Part shown: positions 9,657-17,395 of the stretch, piece after piece
Layout of the letters: each line of letters begins with the position of its first letter
How positions within the stretch are numbered: position 1 is the stretch's first letter
Assembly (NCBI GenBank): GCA_031553915.1
Contig: JAVBKT010000009.1
Span: 12,520 to 76,519 of the forward strand
Direction: 5' to 3'
DNA length: 64,000 nt
Source of the DNA: Bacillota bacterium
GTDB lineage: Bacteria; Bacillota; Dehalobacteriia; UBA4068
Notes under the pieces: model-generated
Databases searched by the model: none
What the model was told of the DNA's origin: nothing
The model's input: the letters and a program-made list of their open reading frames with translations, nothing else
Program-made: the position numbers and the translations under genes

Positions 9657-10616
9657 ATGAAATACACGGGATTTGGGCTGGGCTGCATGCAAATGCGCAA
9701 GGCGTACCTTGATGAAAATAAGGCCGTTATTCATGCGGCGATTGATCAAGGCGTTACCTTTTTAGATACCGGCGATTTTTATAGCCGAGGAGAAAGCGAG
9801 ATAGTCCTGGGAGAAGCCCTGCAAGGCGTAGAGCGTGACCAGTTCTACATTTCTGTAAAATTTGGGGTTCTTACCCAACAGGGACAGGGTTCCTCTGGTC
9901 TGGACGTTCGCCTGCACAAAATTAAAGGCTATCTCAGCGAGTCTTTGAAGCGGTTGAGGCTTGACTATATTGATTTATATCAGCCGGCGAGAATGGACAG
10001 AGCGATCCCGGTTGAAGAAATCATTGGTGTGATGGCAGACCTGGTCAAGGAAGGGTATATCCGCCACATCGGCCTTTCGATGGTTGACGCGGCTACGCTG
10101 GAAAGGGCGAATGCCATTCATCCTATTGAAACGGTTGAAATGGAGTATTCGCTCTTTAACCGTACGATTGAAGCAGATGTTCTGCCCATGGCGCGGAAGC
10201 TTGGCATCTCAGTGGCCGCGTTCGGCATACTTGCCCACGGGCTGATGAGCGGGCAATATAACAAAAACAGCCTGCGTCAGGGCAATATTCCTCCTTATCG
10301 GGGCAACTCGCTCTTTGCGGCTGACAACATTGAGCAAAACCTGGAGCTGATAGAAAGGCTGCTGGCAATTGCCGGTGAGATGCAGATCAGCCTGCCGCAG
10401 CTGGCTCTGGCCTGGGCCGCGTCCAAGGGCGATGATATCATTCCCATTATTGGCGCGAGCAAAGTTAAAAATTTTCAAGATTCAGCCAAAGCCATGACAA
10501 TTTCTCTCAGCCCGGAGGAAAGGGAGAGGATAGAGGCAGCTATTTTGCCGGAGGAGATTGCGGGCGAGAGCATGAGCAATTTGCAGTTTGAAAATGGCAG
10601 AGTAGTGCTTTTTTAA
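9657..10616 (+). CDS. Aldo/keto reductase
   Basis: The N-terminal region GLGCMQM…LDTGDFYSRGESE…LGEAL is typical of the AKR family. 319 aa. Confidence 0.85.
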   Translation: MKYTGFGLGCMQMRKAYLDENKAVIHAAIDQGVTFLDTGDFYSRGESEIVLGEALQGVERDQFYISVKFGVLTQQGQGSSGLDVRLHKIKGYLSESLKRLRLDYIDLYQPARMDRAIPVEEIIGVMADLVKEGYIRHIGLSMVDAATLERANAIHPIETVEMEYSLFNRTIEADVLPMARKLGISVAAFGILAHGLMSGQYNKNSLRQGNIPPYRGNSLFAADNIEQNLELIERLLAIAGEMQISLPQLALAWAASKGDDIIPIIGASKVKNFQDSAKAMTISLSPEERERIEAAILPEEIAGESMSNLQFENGRVVLF

Positions 10617-10647
10617 TAAACCAATCTTTGCGAAAGAGCGATATAAG

Positions 10648-11424
10648 ATGAAAAAAATAATTATGACTGTTTTAACGATAGCAGCGCTTTTAAGCTTTTC
10701 CGCTTGCAGTGTTCCCGCAGACACAACCGCTGCGGCAAAACCGCCGGAATCTCCTCAAACAGAGCAGGATGCTACTGCGGATGATGCTGCAATCGAGCCG
10801 TCTGTATGAACCTTTTCCACTACCAAGGGCTTTTCCAGCGAGGTTCATGTGCTCAGCTCGGATAAGGGAAACATCCTCATTGACCCCGGCTTTTACAGCG
10901 ATGATCTTGCCGCATATGTAGAGGAGATCGGCGGGCTTGATGCTATCCTCATCACCCATGGACACTGGGATAATATCCACGCCCTGGATGCGGCAGTAGC
11001 GGCGAACCCGGATGCCGAGGTCTATATTCACAGGCTGGATTATGACTTTCTGCGCGACCCGGTTTTGAATGCTTCTTTGCCCAACGGGTTTTCCCTGGCG
11101 GTTGAAACACAACCGTTAACCTTTGACGAAGAAGGATTTTACGATATCGGCGGCTATCATTTTGAGCTGATACACATGCCCGGGCATACCTGCGGCTGCT
11201 GTTGTTTCTATTTTGAAGAGGAAAACATTCTTTTCCGCGGCGACATGTTTATGATTCCTTTTGTCGGCTCTGCCGACCACCCTACCGGCAGCGAGATTGA
11301 CCGGGCCGCTTCCATCGAGAAATTCAAAAATTTTGGCTTTCCTGACGATTTGAAAATTTATCCCGGGCATCGCGGCAACACCACCTATGGCGAAATGTTG
11401 AAAACAAACGTTGATTTGCAATAA
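10648..11424 (+). pseudogene. Lipoprotein MBL-fold hydrolase interrupted by an in-frame TGA (10807-10809). It is a paralog of the MBL domain of 5132..6406; the downstream segment 10849..11424 is intact
   Basis: A signal peptide plus lipobox (LSFSAC) ORF at 10648..10809 is in the same frame as the MBL ORF. The residues after the TGA (TFSTTKGFSSEVHVLSSDKGN) align with TASFHVISSEKGN of the first copy. Confidence 0.5.
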
Positions 11425-11448
11425 ACTTGCAGCTTGTTAAAAATAGAC

Positions 11449-11464
11449 TGTAACCATGATTACA
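11449..11464. promoter_or_regulatory. Operator-like palindrome TGTAAC-CATG-ATTACA (site 4, one mismatch)
   Basis: Seen upstream of the PNPOx-like/SnoaL-like gene pair. Confidence 0.4.
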
Positions 11465-11522
11465 TAAATGAGTGCTAACCCATGCTAAACTGAAAATAAC
11501 AACAACTAAAGGAGCGATTGAT

Positions 11523-11930
11523 ATGATTGATTATATTGACATTATAAAACAAAACCCCAACGGCGTGCTGGCTACACAAAGCAATAGCAGTCTGGACACC
11601 AGGGTAGTGCACAGCCTCTTTGCTGAGGATAATAAAGTGTATTTCTGCACCAAAGGCGAAAAGTCGATGTACGCGCAGCTTATGGCCAACCCGGATGCGT
11701 CGTTCTGCTGCTACCCGCCCAATTATTCGCCGGTATTGACCTTAAACGGCAAAGTGTCCTTCGTGGACGATATGGCGTTCAAGACCCGTGTGATGGAGGA
11801 GAGCGGAATAGTCAAGGACAACTACCAGACTGCAGATAATCCGGCATTCAAGCTCTTCTATCTGGAAGTGGAGGAAGTCAAGCTTCACACTCCCGGAGTG
11901 AGTACAACCAGGGAGGCGATAATATGTTAG
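11523..11930 (+). CDS. Pyridoxamine 5'-phosphate oxidase (PNPOx)-like FMN-binding protein
   Basis: Small split-barrel protein pattern (NGVLATQS…VYFCT…). The start was chosen after the AAAGGAG SD. Confidence 0.75.
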   Translation: MIDYIDIIKQNPNGVLATQSNSSLDTRVVHSLFAEDNKVYFCTKGEKSMYAQLMANPDASFCCYPPNYSPVLTLNGKVSFVDDMAFKTRVMEESGIVKDNYQTADNPAFKLFYLEVEEVKLHTPGVSTTREAIIC

Positions 11931-12532
11931 ACAGGCCGATGAATAACTCCGCAGAGGATATTGCGGATAAGTTCAGTGTCAAAGAGCTGATCGAATTTGA
12001 GCGGTTTTGCCGCGACAATGCGCTGTGGGATGAGATGAAAAAGTGCTACTCCCCTGATGCCACCGTTAACATCTCCTGGTATCAAGGCAGCGGCTATGGG
12101 TTTGTGGTTGCTTCCAGCCAGATAAATCTCGTTGCCCCGCATAAAATATACAACACTCTGACATGGCTAAATGGCGATAAGGCCTTTGCCCTGACAATGG
12201 CCACTGTGGAAATCCGCCAGACTTTAGACGGCGCAGCTGTCTCGATTTGTACTGACGCCAAGCTGGTTTATCGCTTGGTCAAAAGAGAGGGTGTTTGGCA
12301 TATCATCGCCTTCACCAGCATTTATGAGAAGGATGCCATTGTGCCGGTTTATCCGAATAGGAATATCCATATTGATGCCGGCGAGCTCTCCGCCTACCGG
12401 AGCAGCTATGCCGGTATGTGCTATATGAATCACCTCGCGGGGCGGCCGACTAATGAAAACCTGCCCGGTGTTGATTGGCCGGAGCTGGTGGAGGAGCTTT
12501 ATGAAGAAGCGGGCAAATGGCTGGAAGGGTGA
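11924..12532 (+). CDS. SnoaL-like / NTF2-like domain protein
   Basis: Its start overlaps the previous gene (ATGTTAG), indicating an operon. The alpha+beta barrel pattern fits this family. Confidence 0.55.
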   Translation: MLDRPMNNSAEDIADKFSVKELIEFERFCRDNALWDEMKKCYSPDATVNISWYQGSGYGFVVASSQINLVAPHKIYNTLTWLNGDKAFALTMATVEIRQTLDGAAVSICTDAKLVYRLVKREGVWHIIAFTSIYEKDAIVPVYPNRNIHIDAGELSAYRSSYAGMCYMNHLAGRPTNENLPGVDWPELVEELYEEAGKWLEG

Positions 12533-12607
12533 GCGTGGTGTAAGCAAGCTAAGAGTGACAGCAAAACTTACCACAAATTATAGCCAATAGCCAACAAATC
12601 TATCTGC

Positions 12608-12647
12608 ATACAAAAACCCCTCCCAACGATAAAGATTGAGAGGGGTT
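12608..12647 (-). terminator. Rho-independent terminator for the CHAP endolysin gene (hairpin aacccctc / gaggggtt plus a T-run on the minus strand)
   Basis: Stem-loop flanked by an A-run on the plus strand, which is a T-run on the minus strand. Confidence 0.6.
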
Positions 12648-12687
12648 AAATAGGGCTGCCGTGAGCAAACCCGGGCAATTTTGATAG

Positions 12688-13410
12688 CTATTTTTTCATA
12701 TCAAGAATACCCGCGGCCAGTTTATCATACAAAGCAGCGGCGAATTTGTAGCCGTCCAAGTATTTCATGGTATTATCATCCAGCCCAGGGGCAGCCTGCA
12801 CCATTTCTCTGCTGGTGGTAATAATTAGGGCCTGATATAGCTTGTCATAAAGCGCAGTGGGCCAGAGGTGCTTATCCAGATAGGCCATGGTGTTGTCATC
12901 AAAGCCGGTCGTCTCTTGCACATATTGGCGGTGGTTGTTTTCTTCTTCTTTGTATTCAGGTATGCAGTACCCCTTAATCCAGGAATTGTTCAAGGCTCTG
13001 GTGCGGCGGTAAACGCCGTCGCCATTGGGATTATTGCCGTCCTGGCTGGTATTGCCTTCAATAGCTGTCACTGTTTTGCCGTCGCAGCTCTCCACAATGC
13101 CCACATGAGAATTAGTGCCATAAAGAATAATATCTCCGGGAGCAGGAATATAAGCGCCTTTTGCTTGGTAGCGGCCTTTTGCTTGGTAGTAACTCTGATA
13201 ATCAGGCACCCAGGCGGTGCGGGGAATGATGCCGGAGCAATTATTGCTGCCAAGGATGCCGGCCCCATCCGCGCACCAGGATATGAAATAAGCGCACCAC
13301 GGCTGATAGTTGCCGCCAAAAGCTGCGCCGTATTTATTATTATTGTTTGCTCCTTCTTTGTAGCCAACCTCAGCGGCGGCTAGGCGGAGCATGTTTGTTC
13401 TGTCGGACAT
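12688..13410 (-). CDS. CHAP-domain peptidoglycan hydrolase (endolysin-like) with two C-terminal repeats of about 30 aa; no signal peptide
   Basis: The N-terminal segment QPWCAYFISWCA … HVGIVE matches the Cys/His CHAP pattern. Two C-terminal repeats have the form DDNTM.YLD…ALYDKL. Confidence 0.75.
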   Translation of the reverse strand: MSDRTNMLRLAAAEVGYKEGANNNNKYGAAFGGNYQPWCAYFISWCADGAGILGSNNCSGIIPRTAWVPDYQSYYQAKGRYQAKGAYIPAPGDIILYGTNSHVGIVESCDGKTVTAIEGNTSQDGNNPNGDGVYRRTRALNNSWIKGYCIPEYKEEENNHRQYVQETTGFDDNTMAYLDKHLWPTALYDKLYQALIITTSREMVQAAPGLDDNTMKYLDGYKFAAALYDKLAAGILDMKK

Positions 13411-13528
13411 GGATTCACCTCGTTGATTATTCGTAAAATATTGATTTTATTTGTTTACTCGGTTAGACTTTACTAATCTGAGCGAAAGGGAGAGAGCTAC
13501 GGCTGTCTCCCTTTTCTTTTGCTTGCCT

Positions 13529-13816
13529 CTAGCCGGCAGTTTCTTCCGGGCTGTTTTCACTGCTTTTCAGCTGTTTATACACCTGATTGACTCCAGTTGC
13601 AGCTAGGCCGGAGACTATACCAATGGCAATAGCGGACATGATATCCGTGGCCGGGAAATCCGGCACAATTTCCATGGCTACCACGCCCAGCGCTGCTCCT
13701 GCTACGCCACAAATAACCGGCAGCCACTTGTTATCAAGCGGGGTGGCCTTGATTGCCTGAGCAATCAAATAACAAATAACGGTAATTGCCGCAAAGCTCG
13801 CAATTCCTAATTCCAT
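13529..13816 (-). CDS. Holin-like small membrane protein
   Basis: 95 aa with three predicted TM helices and a charged C-terminal tail. It sits immediately upstream (same strand) of the signal-less CHAP hydrolase. Confidence 0.55.
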   Translation of the reverse strand: MELGIASFAAITVICYLIAQAIKATPLDNKWLPVICGVAGAALGVVAMEIVPDFPATDIMSAIAIGIVSGLAATGVNQVYKQLKSSENSPEETAG

Positions 13817-14031
13817 AATTAATACCTCTCTTTCTCAGCGCCAATATTTTTTGCAAAAGTCTTTGCTAAACGCAAAAACATGCTATTCAAGACACCGCCC
13901 GGTATGGAAAACCCAGGCGGTGTCTTGTGCGGATATGGCGCTAAACTAGCTGTTAGCTGAATCCGCGGTGGGATTCTGATAGATAGATGTCTCTTGCGAT
14001 CTCTTGAAAAAAGATAAGATCAATTTAGAGC

Positions 14032-15756
14032 CTATTTGAATCCGCGGCCGGATTGCGGTACATAAAGGCCTGCCTGGCCATCTGCTGGAGTAGCAGTAGG
14101 CTCATAATCTGCTGGATCAAATGCAGGATTCAAGTGTTGCTCAGGGAACGGATCCGGATGGATCTCTATATCATGCATAAAACGATTAATCAAAGCTTCG
14201 TCAACATGACCCATACAGTAAACATGGTTATACTCACGCTGCTCTCCATCAACATATACTACTTCCGCCGATAAAGAGTACTTAAAAACAAGATCCGGTG
14301 CCACTTTTTTAAAGCGGACCGAAAAGGTATTTGGAGTATGTTCTACCCATGTCTCCATCAAAAGTGCCCTTAGTCTGCTGGTGAGAATATTTGCCGCTTT
14401 TTGTGAGTTATATGTTTTTTCCTTCTCAGTATCATAAGAACGCTTGGCGATATAATCCCATAAGACCATGGCAGAAAAGCCGTTGCGGGAACCGGCCAGC
14501 GTACTGTCGGGAGCGCCCAAATAATGCGGGTTCGAGGGCGGCTTCAGCTGATATTTAGTCTTGGACATATACACTCCGCAGGGCCAAGGCGCGCCGGGGT
14601 ACTTATGCCCGCTCATGGTAATAGAGCATACCTCATCTATGCGGAAATCAAATACTGGGAAGTCGGTAGAATCTGTCATTTCCTGGTAAGGCATATATCC
14701 AGCGCCCAAAGCCCCATCTATATGGACCCAATAGTTATTTCTCTCCCTGGGTATACCTATGTACGGATCAAAGCCGCCCGCATCTGTAAGTAAATAGTCT
14801 TCCTTAAGTGCGTTTACCGCATCTAGTACGCGGTCGTAGGCCCCTTTAAAAGTAGTGCCATAATTGAAATTGAGGATAATTGGATAGCCCTTTTCAACGA
14901 AAAAATGAACTAACCTTACTAAAGATTTTATGCAAATGCTACCATCCAACTCAGAGGGAACTTCACGCGGCCAACCGCTCGTCGGGTCAATACCTTGCTC
15001 TGAATATCCATCAGGATAATCATGAACATCAGGATGAGTAGGATTCCACCTTAACGGGCACTTGTCTGTAGGACTGGCTTTGGTAATTTGACTACCCAGT
15101 TCATAAAAAGTGGGGATTTCAAACATCTTCATACATTTGATCACAGAATAGTGCGTATCCTGAGAATAAAAAGCAACAGGGGTATACATATTCTCCGCAG
15201 GCGGAGGAGGCGTTTCCGGCCGATAGGTTAAAATGCGCGGCTCTACTGCATACGGGGTTCCTGGGTTTGCCAGACTTGCCTGTCTTGCCTGCTCTGCAGC
15301 CTCCGGATCAGGTAATAATTTTTTGCCCTGCAGATAATCGCGCGCATTCCAAAAGCCAAAAATATTGGATTCTGAAGAGCCCATCGAAACCACATAGCCC
15401 CAGTAGCTTTCCGGATCATGTTCGTCGTGATAACGATGTCCTTCAGGTATATGCCACAATTTTGCAAAATAATCAAGTACCTCACGTTCCATAAATTTGG
15501 TATTGGTAGTGAAATTCCCTTGAGTAAATGGATCGCCGATATTATTGATTTGAATGTTTAAATAGTCTTGCAAGGAATCCTTATAATTTACATCTTGGTT
15601 TGTCTGATAGCCAAGAAAATTGATTTGTTGCTGAGTTTCATATGCTTTTAACTGTGCATGAGCATCTTTATACTGTCTCTCCGGCATCTTCCAATCTGTG
15701 AGCTCAAAGAGACTAGCATCTATGCCCGGCACTTTTGGATATGGTTTATCTGTCAT
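14032..15756 (-). CDS. Pyridoxal-phosphate-dependent decarboxylase, group II (histidine-decarboxylase-like); no signal peptide
   Basis: SMGSSESN matches the (S/T)GGTEGN-like loop, and SGHKYPGAPWPCGVY matches the SxHK PLP-lysine motif of PLP-dependent histidine decarboxylases. 574 aa. Confidence 0.75.
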   Translation of the reverse strand: MTDKPYPKVPGIDASLFELTDWKMPERQYKDAHAQLKAYETQQQINFLGYQTNQDVNYKDSLQDYLNIQINNIGDPFTQGNFTTNTKFMEREVLDYFAKLWHIPEGHRYHDEHDPESYWGYVVSMGSSESNIFGFWNARDYLQGKKLLPDPEAAEQARQASLANPGTPYAVEPRILTYRPETPPPPAENMYTPVAFYSQDTHYSVIKCMKMFEIPTFYELGSQITKASPTDKCPLRWNPTHPDVHDYPDGYSEQGIDPTSGWPREVPSELDGSICIKSLVRLVHFFVEKGYPIILNFNYGTTFKGAYDRVLDAVNALKEDYLLTDAGGFDPYIGIPRERNNYWVHIDGALGAGYMPYQEMTDSTDFPVFDFRIDEVCSITMSGHKYPGAPWPCGVYMSKTKYQLKPPSNPHYLGAPDSTLAGSRNGFSAMVLWDYIAKRSYDTEKEKTYNSQKAANILTSRLRALLMETWVEHTPNTFSVRFKKVAPDLVFKYSLSAEVVYVDGEQREYNHVYCMGHVDEALINRFMHDIEIHPDPFPEQHLNPAFDPADYEPTATPADGQAGLYVPQSGRGFK

Positions 15757-17395
15757 AATTATTTCTCCTTTTTATTAATTGTTTTAATCATTTGATATGT
15801 GTTCATGGTATGTTTAGTAGAATATAGGGGTAAATTTAATGCTTGTTATAGATGTTTGTCATGCAGAGAACAGGGGATATTATTATTTTCTTCACCACCT
15901 CCTTTCGTATCTGACAGCTTGGACTTCTGCTGCAATGATGCACTGACATCCGGCAAAACACCTGTTTAGACGGATGCAGCTTTGTCATGTAGCCCTCTTG
16001 CCCAGTTGCCCGGAGTCATGATTGTCCCAACCTTTGCCTATAGCATTTGCCTATAGCGTCTATCCCCTGCCAAAACCCTGATAGTAATCGTTTATGCGTG
16101 GATTATCGCAGGAGCAGCGCTGGCAATTGCTGCTGTTTGCCAATACTGGGGACAATATTAAAACCCATGCTCATGTCCCTTTCTACACACAGGGCAAAAG
16201 CATGTCCATATCAAGCTGCAACCGACAATTCCTTCCTGGCCAAATACACTCAAAGCAGTATCATGATCAATTGAATATTCTTTTGAATACTCTTCATTAA
16301 TTAGTTTTGCCTATGTAGTATTTGGTTTAGCTGCTTTTTTGCTGGCAGGGGTGTCATCCGCACCCCTGTAGCTTAAATCTGCAGGGAAGAATGCTGTGCG
16401 TGTTACAGCAAAACAGCACAGGGTAAAAATAAGAAAAAATGACTATATATCTAAATGTTGCTTTTATACTCTGATTAATATAAGTTGTCTTTTTATCTTT
16501 CGATAATTGTTTGCGTTTCAAAAAATTAGTCAAAATATTATGAAAAATAATTTTATTAATATATTGACGTTTTCATATCTTGTTTTGTGGGTTTTTGTAA
16601 CCAGATATGCAATAATTCACTATCTGATTAATCCGGTATATTTTTATATTTTTATCTTTAGCTGGCAATATCTTCTGATTGTCAGCTTATATGCAATTTA
16701 GTGTAAATTTTTTATGTGAGAACACTTGCTAACTATAAGGTATTCTCAATAAATATTATTATAAATCAACTTTATATAAAAAATTAATATAATATAATGA
16801 TGGTATACTTAGCTAAGTTTACCCTTATAAAACCTGCTAAAATACTATTACGGACTAAAATTTATAACAAAATATGACTCTAATCCACAATTTCCATCAA
16901 TTTGTTACAAAATATTTCGGTACTACTAATACTATTAACTCGCAATTTTGTTACACATATTTACGAAAAAAGAAATATTTTTTTATTTTTGTAACATTTA
17001 ACATTCAATCCTTAGTCATCAGCTCTGCTGCTGGCCAATATCTTCCCTACATCGTTTACTAGTATGGCTAAGCTTATACAGGCGTTTTTAACAGCCAATA
17101 ATAAAATAAGCTTATCCCCCTCCCTCTCTATCATATGTGAGGGCAAACACTATTGTGCGGTAAAAAAATTCTTACCCTGTCAAAAAACAGACTTGCGGCG
17201 CTTTGATAGCCTTCGTATGCGGGGAGAACTTAGCACAGCCAGGTTGCAGTTTGAATTTATTAGACAGTACATTAGCTCGAATTTGTCAATTTTTATTTCA
17301 GCAAAAATATGATAAACTAAAAAATATTACGAGATATACGCGATTTTGGTATTTTATCACTCAAATATATCTAAAAAATTCAAGGAGGTTATCGC

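Noticed and set aside
10807-10809. TGA in the lipoprotein-MBL gene as a possible selenocysteine codon
   Set aside because: It lies in a non-conserved linker, where the paralog has no Cys. No SECIS-like hairpin follows immediately, and no sel genes are seen. A nonsense mutation or sequencing error is more parsimonious.
12688-15756. Possible intact prophage around the holin/endolysin pair
   Set aside because: No capsid, portal, terminase, tail, integrase or repressor genes are recognisable within more than 10 kb on either side. The flanking genes are ordinary metabolic or surface genes. Only an orphan lysis-type cassette remains.
15833-15898. Tiny ORF (about 21 aa, GTG start after AAGGAGG) upstream of the decarboxylase as a leader peptide
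   Set aside because: SD-start spacing is poor, there is no enrichment of the cognate amino acid, and no conservation evidence is available.
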